Assembly (NCBI GenBank): GCA_963693095.2 | Contig: OY843768.1 | Span: forward strand, 1,344,001 to 1,408,000 | DNA from: Cenarchaeum sp. | GTDB lineage: Archaea > Thermoproteota > Nitrososphaeria > Nitrososphaerales > Nitrosopumilaceae | Reading direction: 5' to 3' | DNA: 64,000 nucleotides | Shown: positions 49,431 through 58,617 of the stretch, one piece after another | How the letters are laid out: each line of letters starts with the position of its first letter | Position numbering within the stretch: position 1 is the first letter of the stretch | Position numbers and translations under genes: made by a program | Notes under the pieces: model-generated | What the model saw: the letters and a program-made list of their open reading frames with translations, nothing else | What the model was told of the DNA's origin: nothing | Database searches by the model: none

Positions 49431-49630
49431 AGCCACAGCACTCGCGCAGCTTGCAGCAGCGAGCGAGCGCACAAGAGTGTGTGTTCAAAATGCCCCAGAT
49501 CTTGGGACGTGCCAGTCCCCTAGGCCAAAGATGCGCCAATTAGCTCACGCAGCGTGCGGTGCAGATGGTGCCTGCCTGGCGCTGACACGCGCACAAAGGG
49601 ATTTAATGCGGCTCTCGGCAGTGCGCGCTC

Positions 49631-50254
49631 ATGGGGCTAGAGGAGGCCAAAAGGTCAGTCGAGGAGATCGCCGAGTCACTAGAGTCAGCGCGCACCGACC
49701 GCGAGCGCCTCATAAAGGGCTCACGCGACGTCATCGCACTCTGCTCCAGGTCCATAATCACGGTTCATGCCGGAGACATTGCGGCCGCTGCCAGGCTTGC
49801 CGGCGATGCCAAGAAGCGCCTCGATGAGCTCAGGGCGGGCGCACCGGCGCGCCTGTACCACAATATCGCCATAGCCGAGCAGGAGCTAGTCGAGGCACTT
49901 GCGCTAATCGCCATAGTCTCTGATGAGGACGTCCCGACGCCCTCGTCGATCTCTGTGGCCGGCACGTCATACGTGCTCGGCCTGCTTGATTGCATCGGCG
50001 AGCTAAAGCGGCAGGTTCTTGACCGCATACGCGCCGGGGACACGGCAGGCGCCGAGCGCATGTTTGATGTCATGGGCGGCCTCTATGAGATGCTATACCC
50101 AATGGCAGCATACGACAAGGTCCTAAAGGAGGCGCGCCGCAAGCTCGACGTCAACAGGGAGCTCATAGAGCGCGCGCGCCTAGCCGTCACGGAGGCCTCG
50201 GCGCGTGCCCGCCTCGAGAGGAGGCTAGACGCCACGGCAGGCGACAGGTCTTGA
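49631..50254 (+). CDS. Translin-family RNA-binding protein
   Basis: RERLIKGSRDV, EQELVEA, YVLGLLDCIGELKR, RRKLD. Confidence 0.85.
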   Translation: MGLEEAKRSVEEIAESLESARTDRERLIKGSRDVIALCSRSIITVHAGDIAAAARLAGDAKKRLDELRAGAPARLYHNIAIAEQELVEALALIAIVSDEDVPTPSSISVAGTSYVLGLLDCIGELKRQVLDRIRAGDTAGAERMFDVMGGLYEMLYPMAAYDKVLKEARRKLDVNRELIERARLAVTEASARARLERRLDATAGDRS

Positions 50255-50259
50255 GTCAT

Positions 50260-50347
50260 TGGTGCGGGCGATGGGATTCGAACCCACGAACTCCTGAGAG
50301 ACTAACCCCTCAAGCTAGCACCGTTGGCCAGGCTTGGCTACACCCGC
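50260..50347 (-). tRNA. tRNA-Leu(GAG), CCA encoded
   Basis: GCGGGTGTAGCCAAGCCTGG..., TTGAGGG anticodon loop, long variable arm, GGTTCGAATCC, ACCA. Confidence 0.92.
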
Positions 50348-50397
50348 ACGGCGTCGCCTTGCAGGGTTTTTATAATCCTTGAGCCCGCGCGCACCCC

Positions 50398-50634
50398 GTG
50401 CTAGTGCCCGTTAGGTGCTTTACGTGCGGAAATGTCATATCCGACCGGTATGCTGACTTTCAGCAGGCCATAAAGGATGGCGAGGATCCGGCCACAGCCC
50501 TCGATGCGCTCGGCATGAAGCGCTACTGCTGCCGCAGGATGCTCCTCACGACAGTCGAGACCATCAAGCAGATAATACCGTTCCAGGAGGCAATCCACAA
50601 GCGGAACCTCGAGGTAAAGGCCGAGCTAGAGTAG
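50398..50634 (+). CDS. rpoN: DNA-directed RNA polymerase subunit N (Rpo10)
   Basis: PVRCFTCG, RYCCRRM. Confidence 0.95.
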   Translation: MLVPVRCFTCGNVISDRYADFQQAIKDGEDPATALDALGMKRYCCRRMLLTTVETIKQIIPFQEAIHKRNLEVKAELE

Positions 50635-50635
50635 G

Positions 50636-51883
50636 TTGGCGCAGATAACCTCGGTTGTCGGCAGGGTCGTCTACAATAGCCGGGGAGCCGAGTCCGTCGA
50701 GGTCGACATTGTTGCAGACAACAGGTTCCATGGCAGGGCGTGCGCGCCCTCTGGGGCAAGCGTCGGTGCCGCAGAGGCCGTCTCGCTTCCCTCCGGAGGC
50801 GCATCAGAGTCAGTCAGGCTCCTTGCTGCTGGCGCGAGCTCACTTGACGGGGTCGACGCCGGTGATGCCGAGGCGGTTCACGTTGCGCTGCGGACTCTTG
50901 ACTCCACGCCAAACTGGTCAGTCATCGGCGGCGCAGTCGCGTATGCGGCAAGCGTTGCGGCAGCTGACGCCGGTGCGCAGGCCGGCGGAGTCGAGCTCCA
51001 CGAGGCAATTGGCGATGGTCCGGCACGCATGCCCTACCCGCTCGGAAACGTTCTCGGCGGTGGCGCGCATGCCGGTCCGGGCACGCCGGACATACAGGAG
51101 ATACTTGTCTGCGCCATTGGCGCGCGCAATGTTCGAGACGCGATCGCAACCAACGTCGATGTCCACAGGGAGCTCGGCCTCGTGCTGCGCGAGCGCGACA
51201 ACGGGTTCACCGGCGGGCGCAGTGACGAGGGCGGATGGGCTCCGAGGATCGGAAACGAGGAGGCACTGGAGGCCGCCGCGCGCGCATGCGAGAGGCTTGG
51301 GCACACGCTGGGGCGCGACGTGGCACTCGGTGTTGACTTTGCGGCATCGACACAGTGGGACGGCGCGCGAGGCGCGTACGTCTACGAGAGGTCCGGTGAG
51401 GTTCGCACGCCCTCTGAGCAGGTCGACTTTGCCGCATCACTCATCAAAAAGTACAGCCTCGTCTATGCCGAGGACGCGGTCCACGAGGAGGCATTTGGCG
51501 ATATGGCCGAGCTCACCTCTAGGTTTCCGCGCGTCCTTGTGACCGGCGATGACCTTACTGCGACTAGCGCCGAGAGGGTCGCGAGGGCCGCGCGCGAGAA
51601 GTCATGCAGCGCGGCCATACTAAAGGTAAACCAGGCCGGAACGCTGCGCGACGCGCTGGCCTTTGCGAGGACTGCGGCATCCTCGGGAATCGCGCTAGTC
51701 ACCTCACACCGGTCTGGTGAGTCAGTCGACTCGCACATATCGCACATAGCCGTGGCGACTCATTCGAGGATGCTAAAGACGGGCATACTCGGCGGCGAGC
51801 GCGTGGCAAAGCTCAACGAGCTCCTGCGCATGTCAGAGCAGGGTTTAATACAAGGCATGGCCGAGCCGGCTCCACAGCAATGA
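50636..51883 (+). CDS. eno: Enolase
   Basis: NSRG, PSGAS, DEGG, GDDL, LKVNQ, SHRSGE, ERVAKLN. Confidence 0.92.
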   Translation: MAQITSVVGRVVYNSRGAESVEVDIVADNRFHGRACAPSGASVGAAEAVSLPSGGASESVRLLAAGASSLDGVDAGDAEAVHVALRTLDSTPNWSVIGGAVAYAASVAAADAGAQAGGVELHEAIGDGPARMPYPLGNVLGGGAHAGPGTPDIQEILVCAIGARNVRDAIATNVDVHRELGLVLRERDNGFTGGRSDEGGWAPRIGNEEALEAAARACERLGHTLGRDVALGVDFAASTQWDGARGAYVYERSGEVRTPSEQVDFAASLIKKYSLVYAEDAVHEEAFGDMAELTSRFPRVLVTGDDLTATSAERVARAAREKSCSAAILKVNQAGTLRDALAFARTAASSGIALVTSHRSGESVDSHISHIAVATHSRMLKTGILGGERVAKLNELLRMSEQGLIQGMAEPAPQQ

Positions 51884-52548
51884 GCGGACAGGCCATGGCG
51901 CAGGGGATCGAGGGCAAGATGGAGGCTGCCGGTGCGCGCGTGGGCACGCCGGTTCGCACAAAGTTCATGGTTCGCTATGTGAGCGCAGAGGCCGCAGGCG
52001 GAACGTACTATTTTGACATTGGCCTCACGATTGCGCGCCTGCGAACCGCCGGCAAGATGATATCGCGGACCGGAACCGGCGAGCTCATCGTCTGCTCGGC
52101 GCGCGAGCACACGCGAACCCCCGTTGAGAGGTTCTGCGAGCTCACCGGCGCAAAAAAGATACTCGGGAGGTTCATGCCCGGCACGCTGACAAACCCGTCG
52201 CTTCCGCACTATATCGAGCCGCGCCTCGTACTGGTGTCAGACCCATCAGTCGACTCGCAGGCAGTCATCGAGGCGACGAATGCGGGAATTCCGGTCATAG
52301 GCATGGCAAACACGGACAACGTGACGTCGATGATCGACATTGTCATACCGACTAACAACAGGGGACGCAAGTCACTCGCGGCCGCATACTGGATGCTCGC
52401 GCGCGAGGTTCTCGTTGCCCGCGGCGACATTGAGGATGTCGGCGCCGGCGAGGACAACCGCCACTCGATGGATCTCGACATCGAGGACTTTGAGGACAAG
52501 ATGTCAGTCGACGACGAGGACAGCGAGAGCAGCGAATCAGAGGAATGA
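51880..52548 (+). CDS. rps2: 30S ribosomal protein S2
   Basis: GRFMPGTLTN, NTDN, IPTNNRG; acidic tail. Confidence 0.93.
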   Translation: MSGQAMAQGIEGKMEAAGARVGTPVRTKFMVRYVSAEAAGGTYYFDIGLTIARLRTAGKMISRTGTGELIVCSAREHTRTPVERFCELTGAKKILGRFMPGTLTNPSLPHYIEPRLVLVSDPSVDSQAVIEATNAGIPVIGMANTDNVTSMIDIVIPTNNRGRKSLAAAYWMLAREVLVARGDIEDVGAGEDNRHSMDLDIEDFEDKMSVDDEDSESSESEE

Positions 52549-53360
52549 GCGTTCGTGCGCCGGCAGTCGCCGGCGCGTTCTATCCTGATAGTGAAGGCCC
52601 ACTTCGGCAAACAATACGCAAGGCGTGCAGAAACGATGACTATACGCACACGCCCTCGCGCTGCGTCATCGCCCCGCATGCCGGATACGCCTACTCGGCG
52701 CATGTCGCGTGCCACTCGATTCGCGCGATTGTCGACTCGGGGGTTCGCGGACCGGTCATTGTGATTGGGCCAGAGCACGAGTCGACTGGAACCGGCGCGT
52801 CTGTCCCGTCGGCCGAATCATGGCGCACGCCGTTGGGCGACGTTGACATTGACGCCGAGGCAGCACGCGAGCTAGTCAAAAGGGCCGGACCAATAGAAGT
52901 CAATGATTTCGTGCATGCGCGCGAGCACAGCATCGAGGTGCAGGTTCCGCTCCTGCAGGAGGCAGTCGGGCAGGATCTGCGCATCGTCCCCGTGGCGCTC
53001 TCTGATCAGGACCAGCAGACGGCGCAAGCCGTCGGGCAGGCCGCCGCTGATGTCGCCCTGGCGCACGATGGCGCCATAGTCGCCTCCTCTGACCTCACGC
53101 ACTATGAGGCAGACACCGAGGCCCGCAAAAAGGACGCGGCCCTAATAGCGCGCATCGGGAGCCTTGATGTGGACGCAATGTACGAGACGCGTCGGCGCAT
53201 GCGCATAAGCGCGTGCGGGTATGGCGCCATAGCCGCAGCGATGGTCGCAGCAAGGCGCATGCATGCTGATGGCGGGTGCCTCTTGCACTATGCGACGAGT
53301 GCTGATGCGGGCGGGTCGCCTGACTCTGTTGTCGGGTATGCATCGGTGGTGTTTGCGTGA
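52545..53360 (+). CDS. MEMO1 family protein (AmmeMemoRadiSam protein B)
   Basis: RAPAVAGAFYP, PHAGYAYS, EHSIEVQ, SSDLTHY, CGYG, VVGYAS. Confidence 0.9.
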   Translation: MSVRAPAVAGAFYPDSEGPLRQTIRKACRNDDYTHTPSRCVIAPHAGYAYSAHVACHSIRAIVDSGVRGPVIVIGPEHESTGTGASVPSAESWRTPLGDVDIDAEAARELVKRAGPIEVNDFVHAREHSIEVQVPLLQEAVGQDLRIVPVALSDQDQQTAQAVGQAAADVALAHDGAIVASSDLTHYEADTEARKKDAALIARIGSLDVDAMYETRRRMRISACGYGAIAAAMVAARRMHADGGCLLHYATSADAGGSPDSVVGYASVVFA

Positions 53361-54274
53361 GGTCAGCCTCTGCCCCCGGAAAGGCCATACTCCTCGGCGA
53401 GCACTTTGCCGTTCACGGGGCCGGAGCCCTCGTGTGCGCAATAGAGAGGCGCACGCGCGTGACGTGCAGGCCACGCCAGGGCGGTGTGCGCATTCGCTCA
53501 ATGTACGGCGAGGCGACATTTGATGATGCGGGCAGCATCGAGGGCGTCGACGAGCACCATCGGCCCGTGCTCCACACGGCCCGCAGTGCGGGAGGCTGCC
53601 TTGATGTGACCATAGAGTCTGACGTGCCGGCAGGTGTTGGACTCGGATCCTCGTCGGCGTGCTGTGTTGCTGCCGCCGGTGCGATCGTAAAAGGCGCGAT
53701 GGACGATATCGACTCTGTCATCAAAGAGGCGCTCTGTGCCGAGAGGACAGTCTTTGCCAGCGCATCAGGGGCCGACACGATCGCATGCGCCGTCGGCGGC
53801 GTCATCTCGTTCTCTTGCCAAATGCACGAGGCGTGCGAGGTGCGCGGCTCGCCGTCACTGGTGATTGCAGGCACGGGCAAGACACACTCTACTGCCGAGA
53901 TTGTGGCCGCGGTCCGCCGGAGAAAGGAGGCCGATGAGGCGAGGTTTGGCTCGCTGTGCGAGGACGTTAACGGAATGGTTGCCGACTCGATCGCGGCCCT
54001 GCGGTCTGGCGACCTCGTCGCGCTCGGGAGCCACATGCGCGAGAACCACAGGTGCCTCGTCGACATTGGCGTGTCAGACGCGTCACTTGACCGCATCGTC
54101 GCTGCCGCGTCAGCGACAAGCTATGGCGCAAAGCTCACGGGTGCCGGCCGCGGCGGGTGCGCAATAGCGCTCGTTGACGAGTCAAATGTGGCGCGCACGC
54201 TGGATGCCATGCGCGACTCTGGAGCCACGACGGTGTTCAGGTCCGCAATCGGCGCGCGCGGCCTTGCCGCATGA
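53357..54274 (+). CDS. mvk: Mevalonate kinase
   Basis: APGKAILLGEH, PAGVGLGSS, SGAD, AKLTGAGRGG. Confidence 0.92.
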   Translation: MRSASAPGKAILLGEHFAVHGAGALVCAIERRTRVTCRPRQGGVRIRSMYGEATFDDAGSIEGVDEHHRPVLHTARSAGGCLDVTIESDVPAGVGLGSSSACCVAAAGAIVKGAMDDIDSVIKEALCAERTVFASASGADTIACAVGGVISFSCQMHEACEVRGSPSLVIAGTGKTHSTAEIVAAVRRRKEADEARFGSLCEDVNGMVADSIAALRSGDLVALGSHMRENHRCLVDIGVSDASLDRIVAAASATSYGAKLTGAGRGGCAIALVDESNVARTLDAMRDSGATTVFRSAIGARGLAA

Positions 54275-54517
54275 GTGCTGACAGTCCAGGGCGCGACCCC
54301 GCATGCAGTGTTCACGCAGTTGGAAGAACCAGGTGTCTTTATGTTGGAAAACGTTGTGAAGCTCAACAAACGATCAAAGTGGGCAAACAGAAAGACGCCC
54401 GAGGTGAGCGCGTGCATCAAGAGGTATGCAGACGGCAGCACGACGATAGGCGAGGTCGTGGACTGCCTCGAGATGGCAGTCGACCGGCAGGTCGAGGAGG
54501 TCATGCGCACGGTCTAG
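54275..54517 (+). CDS. Orphan or fragmentary ORF (80 aa)
   Basis: Starts immediately after mvk stop; protein-like composition but no recognisable motif. Confidence 0.35.
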   Translation: MLTVQGATPHAVFTQLEEPGVFMLENVVKLNKRSKWANRKTPEVSACIKRYADGSTTIGEVVDCLEMAVDRQVEEVMRTV

Positions 54518-54580
54518 GTGCTGACTTCATACGCTGGTTAACACGTAGCATTTTAATGGGTCAATAACCTTTAACGTGCC

Positions 54581-54900
54581 ATGACATTGCAGGAAGGTCA
54601 GAGGCGCCACCGGGACAGAGGGCAAGGCTGCTGACGCAAAGCCCCCAAGGCTCAGGACGCACAGTCACACGAGAAGGCATTTGAGGCCAAACTCAGCGCA
54701 CAGGAGGAGATTTTTGAGCGCCGAAAGGATGAGCTGCTTGCAAAGTATCCCGGCATGGACATCGCCGTCTGTGGCGGCGACATATTTGCAGTAAACGAGC
54801 CGACAGAAGCGGCCAAAAGGCAATAACCGCCCACCCTGGCGAGCCGGCATGCATTCACGGCAATACGATCCTGTGCGCGTCAGCATGGGCATTACCATTC
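54581..54900 (+). pseudogene. Degraded DUF5678-like small protein gene
   Basis: ATG 54581, in-frame TGA 54632-54634, then EEIFERRKDELLAKYPGMDIAVCGGDIFAV; apparent frameshift at ~54820 before AHPGEP. Confidence 0.5.
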
Positions 54901-55102
54901 TCCTGCAGGAACATGCTGCCGGCGCATCGCCATGAGTGATGCCGATGCGGCGTGCCAGCAGTCCCGTTCACAAATCTGCAGGTTCACCATGACACCAGAG
55001 TGTCATGAGATACGCCAGGGGCGTGACGCCGCGACACACAGGCACAGCAGGAATCTGGCAATGGCCTAAAACTAATTAATGCCCCATTGCCCGCACCATG
55101 CC

Positions 55103-55381
55103 ATGCCCCAGAGAAGAGCCCATGTCCACGTGTCAGGAACTGTGCAGGGTGTCTATTACCGGCTCACGATGCAAAAGTCCGCCGCAGCGCACGATGTTGT
55201 GGGCTGGGTGCGCAACATGGAGGACGGCAGGGTCGAGGCAGTCATCGAGGGCGATGCTGACGGCGTCGAGCGCGTGCTCGAGTGGTGCGCGCGCGGCCCG
55301 GACGCGGCAAAGGTAGACAGCGTCTCTAGTGCAGAGGAGGAGCCGACTGGCGAGTTTGCGTCCTTTGACATACGCGACTAG
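55103..55381 (+). CDS. acyP: Acylphosphatase
   Basis: GTVQGVYYR, GWVRN..DGRVE, GP..AKV. Confidence 0.92.
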   Translation: MPQRRAHVHVSGTVQGVYYRLTMQKSAAAHDVVGWVRNMEDGRVEAVIEGDADGVERVLEWCARGPDAAKVDSVSSAEEEPTGEFASFDIRD

Positions 55382-55686
55382 ACGCGCTCGTATGCCGCAG
55401 CTATCGCATCACGCACAGGTTTCATGTCATCGCCGGCGCGCACGGTCAGCACGCTGGGTTCTGCGCGCCTCCCCTCGTTGAGCCTCACTATAACTGCGTC
55501 CCCGTCAGGTGACACGTCGGCAAACCAGCGCATCGCCATCGACCTGCCAAACACGACCCTGTGCATGCGCACGTGCTCGACGACGCCGGGCCCAATCGTC
55601 ATGCACAGCTCTCGCAAGAGGACGAGTGCCTTGCGTGCCGAACCGGCATCATGCAAGAGATCCCCAAACGTCCTCGGCGCGTCCAT
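55378..55686 (-). CDS. Conserved hypothetical protein
   Basis: 102-aa ORF, MHRVVFGRSMAMRWFADV, ends AIAAAYERV. Confidence 0.6.
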   Translation of the reverse strand: MDAPRTFGDLLHDAGSARKALVLLRELCMTIGPGVVEHVRMHRVVFGRSMAMRWFADVSPDGDAVIVRLNEGRRAEPSVLTVRAGDDMKPVRDAIAAAYERV

Positions 55687-55715
55687 CGTGCGCGCACGCG
55701 CATGCCCAAATATGT

Positions 55716-56016
55716 AGGTAGCAGGCCCGGTGGCCCCACCATAGGCCGGCGACCCCATCTCCCGGCGCGCAAGATCCACCACGTTGACGGGGAAGCGTGG
55801 ATGCTCCGACTTAGGGCTGCTCCCTCCCGGACCTGGCCCATTTCGACGGCTCGCCCATGGGGTTCGGCCCTTCGGCCGGCCCCTGTGCTGCAACCACCCG
55901 CCCCGGCGTGGCTTCATGTCCGCTCGCCAAGCGGGAACCGTCAACCTAGGGATTTACCCACCAGTTGCTGGCCTCTGCGTATAGCCGGTTTCAGAACGGG
56001 GCACGGCTAGCACCCC
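55716..56016 (-). ncRNA. ffs: Archaeal signal recognition particle (7S) RNA
   Basis: ~300 nt; helix-8 motif GGGCCAGGTCCGGGAGGGAGCAGCCC on minus strand (55814-55839); ends approximate. Confidence 0.85.
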
Positions 56017-56093
56017 GGCCCTCCCTGCTACCGCACGGCCCGCCGGCGCCGAGGTATATTTGCCTAAGGGCGCGAGTGGGCGTGGCGCTGCGC

Positions 56094-57029
56094 CTAGGTG
56101 GCAGTATCTGGCGTCGTGGCCCGCAGTCCCCCCAGCGTCAGGCATGCGGCGCACTGGATCCCCGTGCACGGGGCGCCGCAGCGCGAGCACGCCGATGCGG
56201 CAGCCTGCGGGGTCGTCGAGCGCAGCCTTGAGGCGATGCTGACAGCCGAGCGGTACATGCCGTTCTTTATGCCGCTGTGTCGCGACTCTAGCGCGTTGAG
56301 AAACTCGCGAACCTCCGTTCGCACGCCCTCGTTCATGTGCGGGCACGACTCGGACTGGAACGGGAGCGACTCAGAGTATGCGTAAAACGCGATCTCGGCC
56401 TCATAGATGTCGCAGAACGGCTTTATCCTCCTCGTGCCCGTTCTTGACGGCGCATCGGGGTCTGTGCGCGCAATCCTGCCAATGTCACCGGACATCATGT
56501 TGATCAGCGTTGTCTGCACAATGTCATCCAGGTTGTGGGCAGTGGCCACAGAGTCCGCATCAAGCTCGGATGCGGCAATGTCAAGGGCGCGGCGCCGCAG
56601 GGTTCCGCATATCGAGCATGACGTCGGGCGCGAGTCTGACTCTAGTGCGGACTCTAGCGTTGTCCCAAAGAGCTCCTCGTACGAGTACACGTGGTGCCCC
56701 AGTCCAAGTGACGAGCAGAACCTAGAGACTATTGACAGCGCCTCGTCCCTGTATCCGGGTATTCCCTCGTCGATCGTGACAGGGACCAGCTCGACGCCCT
56801 TTTTTGGCGCCATTTTGAGGAGGACATGCAGGAGGGCGAGTGAGTCCTTGCCGCCAGACACGCCAACGCAGATGCGCTCTCCCCGTTTCATCATCGCGTG
56901 GCGCGAAATGGCCGCAGCCGTCTTTTTTTGTATCGAGCGCGCAAAGCACGATGAGCACAGTGACTCGCCCGAGTATCTGCGCGTGTATGCCGGCGGTGCG
57001 CCGCATATGCACACAGGCGTGCCGCTCAA
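56094..57029 (-). CDS. tRNA 2-thiolation protein (TtuA/NcsA/Ctu1 family)
   Basis: N- and C-terminal Zn fingers, SGGKDS, CSICG, HNLDD, CP. Confidence 0.9.
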   Translation of the reverse strand: MSGTPVCICGAPPAYTRRYSGESLCSSCFARSIQKKTAAAISRHAMMKRGERICVGVSGGKDSLALLHVLLKMAPKKGVELVPVTIDEGIPGYRDEALSIVSRFCSSLGLGHHVYSYEELFGTTLESALESDSRPTSCSICGTLRRRALDIAASELDADSVATAHNLDDIVQTTLINMMSGDIGRIARTDPDAPSRTGTRRIKPFCDIYEAEIAFYAYSESLPFQSESCPHMNEGVRTEVREFLNALESRHSGIKNGMYRSAVSIASRLRSTTPQAAASACSRCGAPCTGIQCAACLTLGGLRATTPDTAT

Positions 57030-58228
57030 ATCGTAAACCAGCCGGACTTTGCGTACGAGAGGCCGATGTTTAGCGCAAAGAGCGCAAACGTCACGCCGTA
57101 TATGACCCACATGGCCACGTTGAGGCGCGCCTCAGAGAGGCGGGCCGAGAGGAGTATGTGGACAAACTTGCCGCCATCGAGTATCGGCAGTGGGAGCATG
57201 TTGATGATTCCGATAAAGAACGATATCATCCAGAGCCAGAGCAGGAACATCGAGACTGACGGGTTGTCCCAGGCGATATAGTCGTGTATTGGCTTGAATG
57301 CGGCCGTATTGTCGCGCATGATGCCGACTAGTCCGACGGACGGGTCATTTGGCGAGGGCATTATCTCGACCTCCATGGAGATCTCCTCGCCCCCGCGCAG
57401 TATGCGCAGGTCAGCCGTGTCGCCGGGCTCTAGGCCTGCGCGCGAGAGATCCACAAACGAGGCTATCTCTAGGCCGTTGACGCCGACTATCTTGTCTCCG
57501 GCGAGGATTCCGGCGCGCTCGGCACCAAGGCCCTCCATGACCGAGAGGACGCCGACGCCGCCGGGCGTCTCATAGAACGCGTCAACTAGTGGGTCAGGCA
57601 GCACGATTGCAAAGACTGGGTTTGTCAGCAACAGTGCGCCGAGGACCATCGAAAAGGCAACGTTGGCAGTCGCGCCGGCCCCGATGACGCGCAGTCGCGA
57701 GAGGCGGCGGGCCGATTCAAACGCCTTTTCATCAGGCTCGACAAAGCCGGCAAAGAGTGCGATAAACACGGCAAATCCCCCGTTCTTTATGCGGATCCTC
57801 TCAAGGGCCGCCACGATACCGTGGGCGCCCTCGTGCATGATGAGGACTATGGGTATCGAGAGCAAAAAGAACGCGATTGCAGGTCCCGACGTGAGTGTCA
57901 CGCCGGGTATGAGAACCGTGACCTCGGCGAACTCTGTCGGCGCATCAAAGTAGGCCGTAACGTTTGCGGCCAGGAAATAGAACGCAAAGGCCATCATTGC
58001 AAATCCCGCAACGACGCTCACGTCGGCAAATATCCTCACGGCCCTGCGCGTGCGCGAGAGGAGGCGCTCGAGGACGTCGTTGACTGACTCGTTCCTGTAC
58101 ACGAGGCTGTACGGCTTTAGCGAAAAGCCGTGCCTGTCAAGGCCGCACGCCTTGGCGAGGACTATGGTGACGACCCACGCGATGAGCACGTAGACTATGG
58201 GGTTCTCGGATATGAACTCTAGTACCAT
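57026..58228 (-). CDS. Site-2 protease (M50) with PDZ domain
   Basis: HEGAH, AGATAN, NMLPLPILDGG; PDZ (AERAGILAGDKIVGVNG). Confidence 0.92.
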   Translation of the reverse strand: MVLEFISENPIVYVLIAWVVTIVLAKACGLDRHGFSLKPYSLVYRNESVNDVLERLLSRTRRAVRIFADVSVVAGFAMMAFAFYFLAANVTAYFDAPTEFAEVTVLIPGVTLTSGPAIAFFLLSIPIVLIMHEGAHGIVAALERIRIKNGGFAVFIALFAGFVEPDEKAFESARRLSRLRVIGAGATANVAFSMVLGALLLTNPVFAIVLPDPLVDAFYETPGGVGVLSVMEGLGAERAGILAGDKIVGVNGLEIASFVDLSRAGLEPGDTADLRILRGGEEISMEVEIMPSPNDPSVGLVGIMRDNTAAFKPIHDYIAWDNPSVSMFLLWLWMISFFIGIINMLPLPILDGGKFVHILLSARLSEARLNVAMWVIYGVTFALFALNIGLSYAKSGWFTI

Positions 58229-58272
58229 TCTGACGCGCACGTTTTTTAGGCACTGGGGTTTATACCTTGCCC

Positions 58273-58617
58273 ATGGGACTGGCGATGGTCATCACGACAT
58301 ACGCCGACATGGCATCAGCGCGGGCCGAGGCGCAGCGCATGGTCAGGGCACGCCTTGCCGCGTGCGCAAGCATGGCCCCCGTGACGTCGATATACGAGTG
58401 GGACGGCGCAATGCAGGACGCCGGCGAGGTCATGGCGATATTCAAGACGGCACACGGCAGGGCCGGCGAGCTGCGCGAGGCCATACTGGCGGGCCACGCG
58501 TATGACACGCCGGAGGTCATTACGCTTGATGCCGAGTCAGCCGGCCCCTACATGGACTGGGTCTGCGCGCATGTCGGCTCAGGTGCCAAATCGCAGGATC
58601 GCGATAACGCCGCCTAG
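58273..58617 (+). CDS. cutA: Divalent-cation tolerance protein CutA
   Basis: RLAAC, SIYEWDG, FKT, HAYDTPE. Confidence 0.9.
   Translation: MGLAMVITTYADMASARAEAQRMVRARLAACASMAPVTSIYEWDGAMQDAGEVMAIFKTAHGRAGELREAILAGHAYDTPEVITLDAESAGPYMDWVCAHVGSGAKSQDRDNAA

Noticed and set aside
54632-54634. In-frame TGA as selenocysteine or readthrough
   Set aside because: Lies in a non-conserved-looking leader of a gene that also has a frameshift; TGA is a normal stop throughout the window
55687-55944. N-terminal extension of ORF 55378-55944 and other ORFs over 55716-56016
   Set aside because: Overlap the SRP RNA gene; the real start is probably 55686
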